Part shown: piece by piece, positions 1 through 10,175 of the stretch
How the letters are laid out: every line of letters begins with the position of its first letter
Numbering within the stretch: position 1 is the stretch's first letter
Source: a virus
Strand: one strand, 5' to 3'
Virus record (IMG/VR): IMGVR_UViG_3300031576_000025
Location: 18,219-82,218 of that record
Length of the DNA: 64,000 nucleotides
Program-made: the position numbers and the translations under genes
Notes under the pieces: model-generated
The model's database searches: none
Told to the model about the DNA's origin: nothing
The model's input: the letters and a program-made list of their open reading frames with translations, nothing else

Positions 1-821
1 ACATCAAGCGCGTTTCCCTCGTCGAAGTTTCCCTGGTGTCCGTCCCGGCCAACCCCGAAGCCAAGGCCATGGGGTGGTACATAAAGAAGGCCCTGGAAGA
101 GCAGGGCAAGCAAGAGGAGCAAACCATGGACCCTATCAACCCCACCGCCGCCCCTTCGCCCGCCGTCGCCACAGTCACCCCGGCCGCCGCCGCGCCCGTC
201 CCCACCGTCAAGAACGACACCCCGGCCGCGCCCGCCGCGGCACCGGCCGCCGCGCCCGCCGCCGCCACGACCCCGGCCCCGCTGTCCAAGGACATGCACG
301 GCCACATGCAGGCGGCGCTGGACGCGCTGGCCGCGATTTCCGTGAAGGGGGACGCCGACATCAAGGCCCTTGCCGCCGTCGCCATGGACAACATCATGGC
401 CGCCCAGGCCGCCATGGACAAGTCCCACAGCGCCGCGCCGCCCGCCGCCGCCCCTGCCGCGCCGGTGGTGGCGAAGGCCGCCGAACCGGCCCCTGCCGTC
501 CCGCCAGCCGCCGCGCCCCAGGCGGTCCCAGCCCCGGCCCCCGCGCCCGCCGCGCCGGTCCCGGCCGCGGAAGCGCCGCTGTCCAAGTCGGACGTGCAGA
601 AGTTGGTGGACGCCGCCGTGTCCGCCGCGACCGCCCAGCTGGAAGCCCGCATCCCCACCCTTCGCAAGGGCGTCGTGCCCGGTGCCCCCGCGGCCGACCC
701 GGCGGCCGCCGTTCCGCCCGCGGCCGGGTCGGACGTTTTGAAGGCGTACGAGAAGCTGCCGCCGGGCGAGAAGCTGCGCACGCTCATCGCCCTACAGCAT
801 TTGCAGGACGGCGTGGCCTAG
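1..821 (+). CDS. Prohead protease (HK97/S78-like, 5'-truncated) fused to Ala/Pro-rich scaffold
   Basis: Frame is open from the window edge: IKRVSLVEVSLVSVPANPEA, the EVSxVxxPAN catalytic-Ser motif; then a low-complexity A/P scaffold; directly upstream of the capsid gene. Confidence 0.85.
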   Translation, partial: IKRVSLVEVSLVSVPANPEAKAMGWYIKKALEEQGKQEEQTMDPINPTAAPSPAVATVTPAAAAPVPTVKNDTPAAPAAAPAAAPAAATTPAPLSKDMHGHMQAALDALAAISVKGDADIKALAAVAMDNIMAAQAAMDKSHSAAPPAAAPAAPVVAKAAEPAPAVPPAAAPQAVPAPAPAPAAPVPAAEAPLSKSDVQKLVDAAVSAATAQLEARIPTLRKGVVPGAPAADPAAAVPPAAGSDVLKAYEKLPPGEKLRTLIALQHLQDGVA

Positions 822-867
822 GTCCGCGGAAAGCGGCCAGCCAAGACGCATAAGGAGAACAACCGAA

Positions 868-1791
868 ATGAAGAACGACCTCGAAGAGCTCAAGAAGGCC
901 CTGGACACGGCCGCGGCCGGGTCCGCCCTCAACCAGCCCGCCATCGACAAGGTGCTGGCGGAAATCATCGAGCGGAACAACCCGCTGCGCATGAACTTCC
1001 CCCGCAAGCCCGGCAGCGGCAGCGCGTCCATCCACAACCAGCGCACCGCGCGCACGGACACCGGCGAGGACGGGGCCAAGTTCGTCAACGACACCGAGGA
1101 GCCGACCGAGTCCCGGGGCGTCTACGGCCAGGCGTCTTTCGCCTACAAGACCATCCTGCGCCGCGGCAAGGTCACCCGCAAGCTGCAAGCCCAGGGCAAG
1201 TCCCTGCTGGACATCGAGGCCGAAGAAATCGAGAACGCGCTTCAGGACGTGCGCGACATCGAGGAGCAGAACCTCATCGTGGGCGACAGCGCCGCGAACG
1301 CAAAGCAGTTCGACGGCCTGCGCAAGCTGGTCCCGGCCGGGCAGCAGAAGGCCGCGGGCACGAACGGCGGCGCGCTGTCGCTGAAGCTGCTGGACGAAAC
1401 CATCGACCTGGTCATCGGGAACCCTTCGATGATTATCATGTCCAAGGCCATGTCGCGCGACCTGAACGCGCTGCTTCAGGCGCAGCAGCGGTTCCAGGAG
1501 ACGGCGGAAGTCAACGGCGGGTTCCGGGTCCCGACCTACCAGGGCATCCCCATCTTCAAGACCATCTGGCAGCCCACCAACGAGGTGCAGGGCACGTCCA
1601 GCGTCACCCAGTCGCTCTACGTCCTCGAAACCGGCCCCGACCTGTTCACGTCGGTGCTGACGGAGCTGACGATGGAACGGCTGGCGAAGAAGTCCAGCCA
1701 GGGCGCGGAATTCGACATCTTCGAGGACCTGTCTTTGGTCCTGAAGAACCCGTTGAAGGCCGCGCGCCTCAAGGGCCTGACGCTCGCGTAA
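868..1791 (+). CDS. Major capsid protein (HK97 fold)
   Basis: 307 aa, strong TAAGGAG RBS, motifs EEQNLIVGD..FDGL, IIMS, YQGIPI; follows protease/scaffold. Confidence 0.85.
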   Translation: MKNDLEELKKALDTAAAGSALNQPAIDKVLAEIIERNNPLRMNFPRKPGSGSASIHNQRTARTDTGEDGAKFVNDTEEPTESRGVYGQASFAYKTILRRGKVTRKLQAQGKSLLDIEAEEIENALQDVRDIEEQNLIVGDSAANAKQFDGLRKLVPAGQQKAAGTNGGALSLKLLDETIDLVIGNPSMIIMSKAMSRDLNALLQAQQRFQETAEVNGGFRVPTYQGIPIFKTIWQPTNEVQGTSSVTQSLYVLETGPDLFTSVLTELTMERLAKKSSQGAEFDIFEDLSLVLKNPLKAARLKGLTLA

Positions 1792-1797
1792 GCGCCC

Positions 1798-2094
1798 ATG
1801 CCTGAACCTACGGGGCCGTTCTACCTGCGCAAGAAGCACCCGCCGTTCGGTACGCCCGCCTCCCCGTTGTGGGAGTTCGCGTACGACGAGCGGGTGAAGG
1901 TGGAGGGGGGACTGGCACGGTGCCAGTCCCCCGCCACCCGCGACCGGCTGGTGCGGATGGGGTACGAAGTGGTGGGGCCGGAAGCGCCGCCGCCCGCGGG
2001 CAAGATGTACGCCCCGGACTGGTGGGGCAAGCCCGCGGAAAAGCCCGCGGGTCCAGGCACGCCGCCGAAGCCGCCTACCCCGCCCGCGCCTTAA
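1798..2094 (+). CDS. Small Pro-rich hypothetical protein (head-associated?)
   Basis: 98-aa ORF immediately after the capsid gene, phage-like codon use. Confidence 0.6.
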   Translation: MPEPTGPFYLRKKHPPFGTPASPLWEFAYDERVKVEGGLARCQSPATRDRLVRMGYEVVGPEAPPPAGKMYAPDWWGKPAEKPAGPGTPPKPPTPPAP

Positions 2095-2133
2095 GGCGTC
2101 CCCAAGGGGGCGCACGACGGATAGGGGGTAAAG

Positions 2134-2556
2134 GTGGGCCAGTTTCCGCTTCCGCACCCGCCCACGTTCCGGGTGTCGGAATCCAGCCCGGGGCAGGTCA
2201 AGCTGGACTGGGGGGACTACCCACCGGCCGTGAAGGCCGGGCACAGCCTGAAAGGGTACCGCCTGTACCGCAGCCCCACCAAGGACGAGGTGGGGGTGCG
2301 GTTGGCGGACGAGGCGGTGCTGGGCCAGTCCACCTTCCAGTTCATAGACACCACCCCCGGGGCCGGTGCCACGCAGCATTACCTGCTGGTGGCCGTGGAG
2401 GACTGGGGGCACGGTGCCCAACCTTTCGGGGAATCCCCCTACGGGTCCCAGGACCACACCGGCCTGGGACTTGTGCCGTTCGTACGCCGCGGCATGGGCA
2501 GCCCGCGGCGCGGCTGGGGCGAAGCGGCGGTGGGGCAAGACGGTTTCGGGTTGTAG
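2134..2556 (+). CDS. Fibronectin-III-like virion protein
   Basis: VKLDW..GYRLYRS..FIDT..HYLLVAV FN3 pattern; C-terminal G-x-x-P-F/Y-G repeats. Confidence 0.65.
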   Translation: MGQFPLPHPPTFRVSESSPGQVKLDWGDYPPAVKAGHSLKGYRLYRSPTKDEVGVRLADEAVLGQSTFQFIDTTPGAGATQHYLLVAVEDWGHGAQPFGESPYGSQDHTGLGLVPFVRRGMGSPRRGWGEAAVGQDGFGL

Positions 2557-2566
2557 CGGGGGAAAA

Positions 2567-5509
2567 ATGGCGCGCACCAACACGGCCGGACTGAAGCTCG
2601 CAAAGCGCGACGTAGGGGACTTGAACTGGGGCGGGGATTTCAACGAATCCCTGGACGTTCTTGACGCCCACGCCAAGGGCCTGCTGCGCGCCCCCCGGAC
2701 CATTGCCGCCGCGCTTGGCGCTGGCGCTGTCGGCCCCAACCTGTCCGCGTCCACCACCTACACCTACCGCATCACCGCGCTTCTCGACGCCAAGGAATCC
2801 AACGTCAACATTTTCCCGTCCACCACCCAGTCCGCCGTCACCCAGGGCGGCACGGCCGTGCCCGTGGCCCTGGCCTGGGAAGCGACGGAAGGCGCGACCG
2901 GCTACCGGATTTACCGCGCGGTGGGGGCCGGGGCGTACGAGCGAATTAAGGAAATCGGCAGCGGTGCCACCGTGGTGTACACGGATTCCGGCAACGACGC
3001 CCCGCAGACCGGCGTAAACCCGCCTGCGGTCAACGACGCCGCGGCCGTGGTCCTGGGCATTCGCAAGCAGGGCGAGGCGCTGTTCATTCGCGGCGCGCTG
3101 GAAATCATCGCCGGTGCCAACGTCACCCTCACCCAGGACAACGTCAACCGCGCCATCACCATCGCCGCCACCGGCGGCGGCTCCCCCGCCGACGCCAGCA
3201 GCACCGTCAAGGGAATCACCAAGCTGTCCGTGGACCCGGTCAGCCCCACCGAACCCATCGCCGCCGGGACCAACGACAACAGAATCCCAACCCAGGCCGA
3301 GAACGACGCGCTGGCCGGTACCAGCGGTTCGCCGTCCAGCACCAACAAGTACATGACGGACGAGGACCCGCGCAACACGAACTCGCGCACCCCGACAGCG
3401 CACGCGCTGGGCGGCGCGGCCCACAGCACTGACACCTTCGCCAACCTGTCCGCAAAGGTTTCGGACGCCACCCTGGTACACAGCTTGCAGGTCATCCTGC
3501 AAACCCTTGCCGACGCCAAAGGTGACATCATCGCCGCGTCCGCCGCGGACACCTGGGGCCGCCTGGCCGTTGGTGTCAACGGCCATGTGTTGCAGGCGGA
3601 TAGCACGCAGGCGTTGGGCGTGAAGTGGGCCGTTGCCCCCGTCACCGCGCACGCCATTGGCGGTGCCGAGCACACCGCTTCAACATTCGCAACGTTGGCC
3701 GCCCTGGTCAATGACGCCACCCTGGTTCACGCCGCGCAGGTCATTCTTCAGACCCTTGCCGACGCGAAAGGCGACCTCATTGCCGCCACCGGCTCAGACG
3801 CCTGGGCGCGCCTGGCAGTCGGCGCGGACGGGCAGGTGTTGCAGGCGGACAGCACGCAGGCGTTGGGCGTGAAGTGGGCCACCGTAGCCGGTGGCGGCGG
3901 CTACGCCACGCAGGTGGTGGCCGCGCCAACTGGCGTGGCGGCCACAGACACCGCCGCCATAAACGCCGCCATAGCGGCGCTGCCCGCGGGCGGCGGCATG
4001 GTGGCGCTGCGCGAGGGCGTGTACGTGGTCAACGCCAGCATCGTGCTGCCCGCTGGCAAGCCAATTGCGCTGGTGGGCCAGGGCAAGGCGTCCATTATCC
4101 GCAGCACCGCCTCCAATATCAACATCGTGGACGGCCCAGCGTCCGGCGGCGTCCTGTCCCGGTCACTTATCGCCAACCTTTCCATCGAGTCCCCGTCCAG
4201 CGGCACCAGCACCGGCTTAAAACTGGCCCCCGCCGGTGGCGTCACCTGGTCCGATATCACCGTTTCCAACGTCCGCTTCCACAACCTCGACATCGGCATC
4301 ATGGTGCAGGCCCAGGCGGACGGAACGGTGCAGGACCTTTACGTGCTGGGCTGCACGTTCACCAGCATGAACGACGCTATCAAGATGGACAGCGGGACGC
4401 TCAACAACCAGCTGCGCACCTACTGCCGCGGCAACACCGTGCTGGGCGGGCGGGTCCGGCTGTCCGGGGTGGACACCAAATTCCAGGCCAATTATCTTGA
4501 GCCCGGACTGGCCGCTGGCAGCCCCGTGCTGTTCGTGTCGCAGTCCGTGTCCCCGGAAAACGCACGGCTGTGCATCGAGGGCAACACAATAAAAAGTGGC
4601 GAAGGCATCCTCATCAGCGGCAACACGCCGGACGCGCTCATCGCCAACAACAACATCGTGCCGGACGGCGCGGCCACCAACGCCGTCAACGTCACCGCCG
4701 CGCTGTCCAACAGCCTCGTGTCTGGCAACCGCTTCACCAAGCCGTTCACGCTGGCCCTGAACGCGGGCACGACAGGCAACATAATCACCGGCAACAGCGG
4801 CACGGTGACGGACAACAGCGGCCAATCGAACATCATCAGCCGGGACCCGGTGGACAAAACCATCGTGAACGCCAAGGGCGACCTCATTGCAGGCACCGCG
4901 GACAACGCGGTGAGCCGCCTTGGGGTGGGCACCAACGGGCAGGTGTTGACGGCCGACAGCGCGCAGGCCACGGGCATGAAGTGGGACACGCCGCAGGCTT
5001 CCCCATGGGTCAAGCTGGCGGACCAAACGCCCAGCAGCACCAGCGCGTTCCCGCAGGTGTCAGGCCTCAGCTGGACCACGGCCAAGGTATACAAGCTGTT
5101 CATCCACGTCAACAACAACACCGGCGGCGGGGGAAACGTCCTGCTTGTGGCTAACGCCGACGGGGCAGCGAATTACAGCTACCAAAAGTTCAGCGTGGAT
5201 GGCGCGACGGTGGCCGGGTCCAGGGTGCAGTCAACCTCGCCTGTGGTGGCGGAAATCCCAGCGGACACCAGCGTTGGTATCGAAATAACGGTTGTGCCAC
5301 TGTACAATGGCAGCACCAACAACCCGGGCGCATATATCGCCTACGCCCGCGTGTTCGTGTCTGACCGCGGCTTTCCGGCCACGCCAAAGATGCTCAAGTA
5401 CGTGACCTCGTACTACCTTCACGGTGGCGACCTGACCAGCTTGCAGGTCCAGGCGTCAGCTGGAATTTTCGTCACCGGAAGCAAGGCGCTGCTGTTGCGG
5501 TTGGCGTAA
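2567..5509 (+). CDS. Fibre/spike protein with FN3-like N-terminus, repeated shaft units and a right-handed beta-helix (pectin-lyase-like) domain
   Basis: ATG 2567 after GGGGG RBS; DTAAINAAIAAL..GGMVALREGVY beta-helix cap; many I-x-G/N-N turns; KGDLI..RLAVG..GQVL.ADS repeats. Confidence 0.75.
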   Translation: MARTNTAGLKLAKRDVGDLNWGGDFNESLDVLDAHAKGLLRAPRTIAAALGAGAVGPNLSASTTYTYRITALLDAKESNVNIFPSTTQSAVTQGGTAVPVALAWEATEGATGYRIYRAVGAGAYERIKEIGSGATVVYTDSGNDAPQTGVNPPAVNDAAAVVLGIRKQGEALFIRGALEIIAGANVTLTQDNVNRAITIAATGGGSPADASSTVKGITKLSVDPVSPTEPIAAGTNDNRIPTQAENDALAGTSGSPSSTNKYMTDEDPRNTNSRTPTAHALGGAAHSTDTFANLSAKVSDATLVHSLQVILQTLADAKGDIIAASAADTWGRLAVGVNGHVLQADSTQALGVKWAVAPVTAHAIGGAEHTASTFATLAALVNDATLVHAAQVILQTLADAKGDLIAATGSDAWARLAVGADGQVLQADSTQALGVKWATVAGGGGYATQVVAAPTGVAATDTAAINAAIAALPAGGGMVALREGVYVVNASIVLPAGKPIALVGQGKASIIRSTASNINIVDGPASGGVLSRSLIANLSIESPSSGTSTGLKLAPAGGVTWSDITVSNVRFHNLDIGIMVQAQADGTVQDLYVLGCTFTSMNDAIKMDSGTLNNQLRTYCRGNTVLGGRVRLSGVDTKFQANYLEPGLAAGSPVLFVSQSVSPENARLCIEGNTIKSGEGILISGNTPDALIANNNIVPDGAATNAVNVTAALSNSLVSGNRFTKPFTLALNAGTTGNIITGNSGTVTDNSGQSNIISRDPVDKTIVNAKGDLIAGTADNAVSRLGVGTNGQVLTADSAQATGMKWDTPQASPWVKLADQTPSSTSAFPQVSGLSWTTAKVYKLFIHVNNNTGGGGNVLLVANADGAANYSYQKFSVDGATVAGSRVQSTSPVVAEIPADTSVGIEITVVPLYNGSTNNPGAYIAYARVFVSDRGFPATPKMLKYVTSYYLHGGDLTSLQVQASAGIFVTGSKALLLRLA
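3392..3880 (+). repeat. Tandem ~82-aa internal duplication within the fibre gene; partial third copy at ~4860-4985
   Basis: TAHALGG..DATLVH..QVILQTLADAKGD..RLAVG..VLQADSTQALGVKWA occurs twice. Confidence 0.9.
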
Positions 5510-5522
5510 GGGGGAAGGCGAC

Positions 5523-6854
5523 ATGGCAACGATTGAAAGCCAGCTATCAGAGCAGGTAGTCGGGGCCCTGGCCGCTGACGCCCTGGCCCCAGCGCCACCC
5601 GTCCTGGGCCTTATCCAGGCGGACAGCGTGGTGGACGGCCCGAACCCCAAGGGGCGCACGCGCGTGACGCTGAACTGGACCGCGCCGACGCGCAACGAGG
5701 CGCTGGGCGGGGAAATGTTCAGGCTGCTGGACGAAAGCCCCGACCTGGCTGCCGGGACCAACGGGGCCAGCCACGAAACAGAATTTGACCCCGTGGTGGC
5801 GGCCACGTACCAGGTCTACGAGCGGACGGCGACGGACAGCGTTGGCGCCACGCTGACGGCCAGCACGCTGCACGGCGAACGCAAGGCGTTCGTGCAGACC
5901 CCGGTTCCCGCGGCCATTGTGACGGGGGCGTGGGTTGTCGTTGAGGACACGGTGAACGCGAAGGAGGAATACGCGAAGCTGAAGGCGGTCAACACGGGCA
6001 CCGGCGAGCTGACCTTCGAGGACGGGCTTTTCTTCACGCATTCCACCGGCGCGGCCGTCAAGCAGGTGACGCTGACGGTCAAGACCGAGGCGACCCACTA
6101 CAACATCGCCCTGTCCACCGGCGTCCTGACAGAACTGACCAGCGGCTTCACCGCCAGCAACAAAATCGTCATCCGCTATCAGACGACCTTGCAAGACCTG
6201 ACCAAGTACGAGCTGTACAGGGTGCCAGGCAACGCCCCAGTGACGAACCCGACGCGCGCAAACGTCCTTGCCGCGTCCGGCCTGGTCACCGTGGACAACA
6301 ACATCAGCGGGGCTTCCACCAGCAAGCAAGACGCCCTGCCCGTCCAGGCCGACGCTGGCAAGGACTTCACGTACTACCTTTTTGCCGCGGACAGCCAGGG
6401 CAACCCGTCCAGCCTGTCGCACGAAACCATGACGCTGAACAACCACCTGGTTTTCGTGGAGTTCATGCCGTCGGTGCCCACGTCCATGGCCGTGCAGACC
6501 AGCACCAACAAAGTGGTGGTGTCGTGGGCCGCGGCCACCGACCCCAACCCCAACGGCTACAACATCTACCGAACCGTGGGCGCGGTGTTCAACCCGGCCA
6601 CGGCCGTCAAGCTGAACAGCCTGCTGATTCCGAAGGGCAGCGGCACCATTTCGTTTGACGACAGCGCCATGAACGTGACCAACCGCGTGTCCGCGGCCAC
6701 CGCCCCGTTCCCGTTGGACGGGCAGACGTTCAGCTACAAGGTGGAGACTGAGGACACGGTGACGTTTTGGGGCGACGGGACCAGCAACGTGCCTTCCTTG
6801 GACATCACCGCCAGCAAGACCGCTGGCGTTGGGGACGGCACGGGGGGCCGCTAG
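5523..6854 (+). CDS. Virion structural protein with FN3-like domains
   Basis: 443 aa, Thr/Ala/Val-rich; VTLNWTAP, YELYR, VVVSW..GYNIYR, YKV motifs. Confidence 0.7.
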   Translation: MATIESQLSEQVVGALAADALAPAPPVLGLIQADSVVDGPNPKGRTRVTLNWTAPTRNEALGGEMFRLLDESPDLAAGTNGASHETEFDPVVAATYQVYERTATDSVGATLTASTLHGERKAFVQTPVPAAIVTGAWVVVEDTVNAKEEYAKLKAVNTGTGELTFEDGLFFTHSTGAAVKQVTLTVKTEATHYNIALSTGVLTELTSGFTASNKIVIRYQTTLQDLTKYELYRVPGNAPVTNPTRANVLAASGLVTVDNNISGASTSKQDALPVQADAGKDFTYYLFAADSQGNPSSLSHETMTLNNHLVFVEFMPSVPTSMAVQTSTNKVVVSWAAATDPNPNGYNIYRTVGAVFNPATAVKLNSLLIPKGSGTISFDDSAMNVTNRVSAATAPFPLDGQTFSYKVETEDTVTFWGDGTSNVPSLDITASKTAGVGDGTGGR

Positions 6855-6871
6855 ACGCAAAGGGGGCAGGA

Positions 6872-7222
6872 ATGGACGCCGGGAACGAAGGGCAGGCCGC
6901 CGTAGCGCAGAAGCCGGGGACCGACAGCACGCCGCCGACCGCAACCGTGGTGGGTGGCAACCGCTACACGCGGCCTTTGTCGCGGGCCGAAGTCAAGCGG
7001 GCCCGCTACCTGACCAACCTGCGCGCCCAGCACAACGCCTTCAAGGAATCGCTGGCCCACGCCCAGCATTTCTTCACCGTCACCGAGCTGCCCGCAGAAA
7101 ACCGGGCCGAAATCCAGGCGGCTCACGACCGCGCCATTTCCGCCATCGAATCCATCATCGCTGCCAAGCTGGCCGAATACGACAAGCGCGCTGGCACCGC
7201 CGCGCCGGGGGCGTCCGCCTAA
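6872..7222 (+). CDS. Hypothetical helical protein
   Basis: ATG after AGGGGG; stop overlaps the next start (TAATG). Confidence 0.6.
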   Translation: MDAGNEGQAAVAQKPGTDSTPPTATVVGGNRYTRPLSRAEVKRARYLTNLRAQHNAFKESLAHAQHFFTVTELPAENRAEIQAAHDRAISAIESIIAAKLAEYDKRAGTAAPGASA

Positions 7223-7830
7223 TGGCCCACCTGGTCAGCCAGCTTTCCACCGGCCCAACCGTCACCCTACTGCCGCTGGTCTACACCACGGCCATGCTGG
7301 TGTCGGAAGCCACGGACGGGGAAATTCTGGAAGCCGACGTGATGCCGGAATGGATACAGGCGGCGCGCGACGAAGTGGACCGGCGCAGCGGGCTGTCCTT
7401 CCACCTTGAGGAATTCACGGACCAGCTGGACGGTGGCGGCCTGGACACGCTTTTTGTGCGGAAGTTCCCGGTGCTTGAGGTAAACGAAATAAAGATTGAC
7501 GGCGTGGTGTTCGACGCGCTGCCGCTGACCAGGACGGTTTTCAACCCCCGCACCGGGGCGCTGCGGCGCAAGGACCTTGAGGTGTGGCAGGACGGATTGC
7601 AGAACATCACGGTGCGCTACCACGCGGGCAGCCTTATTATACCCCCCCTGGTCACCCGCATTGCCACCCTGCTTGTGGTCAAGACCGCCCTGAACGCGAA
7701 GCACGGCGCGGACGTGGACAGCACCCGCGTTGGGAACTTCAGCGAGTCCAGGTCATACGCCAAGCTGAACGACGAATTGGACCGGGCGTGGTCGGCGCTG
7801 GGGACGCGGCGGGAGTTGCATTTCGCATGA
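7222..7830 (+). CDS. Head-tail adaptor/connector protein
   Basis: A..EVDR.SG..F, LDGGG..TL...FPV..V, G.QNITVRY.AG..IPP pattern typical of adaptors. Confidence 0.75.
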   Translation: MAHLVSQLSTGPTVTLLPLVYTTAMLVSEATDGEILEADVMPEWIQAARDEVDRRSGLSFHLEEFTDQLDGGGLDTLFVRKFPVLEVNEIKIDGVVFDALPLTRTVFNPRTGALRRKDLEVWQDGLQNITVRYHAGSLIIPPLVTRIATLLVVKTALNAKHGADVDSTRVGNFSESRSYAKLNDELDRAWSALGTRRELHFA

Positions 7831-8183
7831 GCCATGACCTTGCCGCGCGTCTGCTGAACGCCAGGGTGACGGTGAAGGCGGTCCAGCACACCAACGTGGG
7901 GACCGGGACGCTGCGCCCGACCTACAAGCACGTGTCTGTGGCCACCGACGTTCCAGCGCGCTTCGACCCAATCAACGTGTCCGAACAACGCGGCGTCATG
8001 GGCAACGTGCCAAAGGGTTCCTTCCGCCTGTTCCTGAACGTGCCGGTGCCGCCAGCCACGTGGACGCTGGACGAGAACTACCAGGTGGTGCGGCAATCGG
8101 ACAGCAAGGTGTTCCACGTGTCCGAAGTGCTGGACTTCAACGGCCACCACCTGGAAGCGGTGGTGCAGGAGGTGAAGGCGTGA
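7827..8183 (+). CDS. Head closure (stopper) protein
   Basis: 118 aa, ATGA overlap; VPARF..FHV..V.D...HHLE pattern; position in neck module. Confidence 0.7.
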   Translation: MSHDLAARLLNARVTVKAVQHTNVGTGTLRPTYKHVSVATDVPARFDPINVSEQRGVMGNVPKGSFRLFLNVPVPPATWTLDENYQVVRQSDSKVFHVSEVLDFNGHHLEAVVQEVKA

Positions 8184-8707
8184 TTGTCGTTCACGTCCGC
8201 GGCTTCGACACCGTGAACGCCCAGTACGCTGGCATGGGCAAGCGCCTGCTGCTGGCCGTCGTGCGCGGCGTGACGGACGCCGCCATTGAATTTTGGTCCA
8301 CGGCGAAGCAGCACGCCCCGGTGTTCCGCGGCCTGCTGCGGGAATCGCTGCTGTTCAACGTGTCCGTGTCAGAACGCGGGGTGATTGGCAAGGTCGGCAG
8401 CGGGCTGGTCTATGCCAGCGTTCTGGAATCCGGCCACGGCCCCGCGGGCAGCACGCAATGGTTCCCCAACCTGGACGAAATCAGGGTGTGGGCGCGCCGC
8501 AAGCTAGGCACCGACCGCTGGACCGGGAAGGGCGGCAAGACCGGGGACCTGGCGTACCTGGTCGCGCGCGCCATGTCGCGCACGCCGCGGACGGCGCGGG
8601 TGCAGCCCTACATGGCCCCGGCATTCGCCAACGGCAAGGCCCGCCTGACGCTGCATATTTCCGACCGCCTTGCCGCGTTCGTCCGGGCAGAAGGGGGGAC
8701 CGCCTAA
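8180..8707 (+). CDS. HK97 gp10-like tail completion protein
   Basis: AK..APV..G.LRES, YA.VLE.G, QPYMAPAF motifs. Confidence 0.8.
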   Translation: MIVVHVRGFDTVNAQYAGMGKRLLLAVVRGVTDAAIEFWSTAKQHAPVFRGLLRESLLFNVSVSERGVIGKVGSGLVYASVLESGHGPAGSTQWFPNLDEIRVWARRKLGTDRWTGKGGKTGDLAYLVARAMSRTPRTARVQPYMAPAFANGKARLTLHISDRLAAFVRAEGGTA

Positions 8708-9199
8708 ATGCCCGCCCCGCGCCTGCACGAAAACACCATTGCGGACAAGATTGTTGACCTCATCAAAACCAACCTCGCCGCCACCATGAACCTGAAGGTC
8801 TGTTCCGTCGGCGCGCTGGAGCTTTTCCCAGGGCTGCCGAACCTGGCCGACAGCCTGCCAGCGGTCATGGTCCAGCCGGACCCCAACACGTCCCTGCGGC
8901 GAATCACCACTGCCGAAACGTACGAAATAACTTATAATTTCCGAATCGTTTTTGTGCGCGGCTTCGGGGACGACGAAGAACCCGTGGCGCTGAAGGTGGC
9001 GGATACGCAGAAGATTGCGGAACTGCTGATTGACAACGTGGACCTTGGCGGCTTGACGCTGACGGGCGGCTGCGTGAGCAGGACGCTGGTGGCGTCAATC
9101 GAATGGCGACCGCCAGAGGACCTGCTGGTGGCGCAGCTGAACGCGCGGGCGACGGCTACGGCGATTTCTTTTGTCGTTATGACGGTGGCACGGAAGTAG
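8708..9199 (+). CDS. Tail terminator-like protein
   Basis: 163 aa with LPAVMV motif, immediately before the tail tube gene. Confidence 0.65.
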   Translation: MPAPRLHENTIADKIVDLIKTNLAATMNLKVCSVGALELFPGLPNLADSLPAVMVQPDPNTSLRRITTAETYEITYNFRIVFVRGFGDDEEPVALKVADTQKIAELLIDNVDLGGLTLTGGCVSRTLVASIEWRPPEDLLVAQLNARATATAISFVVMTVARK

Positions 9200-9209
9200 G
9201 GGGCCTACA

Positions 9210-10175
9210 ATGGCATTTCACACCATAGAAGCAAAGGTGTTCGGGTTCAAGGCGGAAGCCGCGCGCGGCGTGTCCGAAGCGGCCCCGGACAAGTTCTTGG
9301 CGACGGGGGCCGACGCCAACCTGGACGCCAACCACGTTCCGATTGAGGACAACAAAATCCGCGGCAGCAAGCTGCGGTTCGAGTCCCAGCCCGGCGTGAA
9401 GGGCGTCATCGGAAGCGTGCCCGACGTTCACGTGGAAGCCATGACCATCGGCCCCCTTCTGAAGGGCGTCCTGGGCAGCGTCGTTTCCACCCAGCCCGAC
9501 AACATCGGCGCGCCCACCGTCTGGCAGCACGTCGTCACCCGCAGCGACAACCCGCAGCTGCCGTCCAGCACGTTCTTCATGGACCGCGGCCTGGGCAAGA
9601 AGCGGTACCCCCTGGGCATCTGGAAAAAACTCAGCTTCGCTGGCCCGACCGAGGGCCCGGTCACGGTGTCGGCGGACGTGCTGGCGCAGAAGGAAGAAGT
9701 GGCACCGACGATTGCCCCGAGCTTCGACAGCCCCAAGCCGTTCCTGTTCCACCAAACGGACTTCAAGGTGAACGGGGTAGCCGACCTGGACGTGCGCTCC
9801 TGGGCCCTGGACATCGACAACAACGCTTCCTTCCTTCGCACCTTCAACCAATCCCAGGACCCCCGGGACATCGTTTCCAGGGGCAAGTTCAACATCGAAG
9901 GCAGCTTCGAGGTGTACTTCACGACCGAAGCGAACCGCGCCGCCTTCCTGGCGAACACGGCCGCGGCGCTGCAAATCGTCCTGACCGGGGCGACTATCAC
10001 CGGGGCCCACAAGTTCAAGCTGACCCTGGACATCCCCGGGGCCCGCTACCTGGAATACCCCTACGCGAACCTGGACGAACTGCTGGGCGCGGAAGTGAAG
10101 TTCCGGGCCGAACGGGACGCCGTGGCGGGCTACGAGTTGCAGGCCACGCTGGTCAACACCCTGGCCGCCATCTAA
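9210..10175 (+). CDS. Major tail tube protein
   Basis: 321 aa; GFKAE..RG N-terminus, PFLF, L.IDNN, IEGSFEVYF; no sheath gene nearby. Confidence 0.8.
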   Translation: MAFHTIEAKVFGFKAEAARGVSEAAPDKFLATGADANLDANHVPIEDNKIRGSKLRFESQPGVKGVIGSVPDVHVEAMTIGPLLKGVLGSVVSTQPDNIGAPTVWQHVVTRSDNPQLPSSTFFMDRGLGKKRYPLGIWKKLSFAGPTEGPVTVSADVLAQKEEVAPTIAPSFDSPKPFLFHQTDFKVNGVADLDVRSWALDIDNNASFLRTFNQSQDPRDIVSRGKFNIEGSFEVYFTTEANRAAFLANTAAALQIVLTGATITGAHKFKLTLDIPGARYLEYPYANLDELLGAEVKFRAERDAVAGYELQATLVNTLAAI

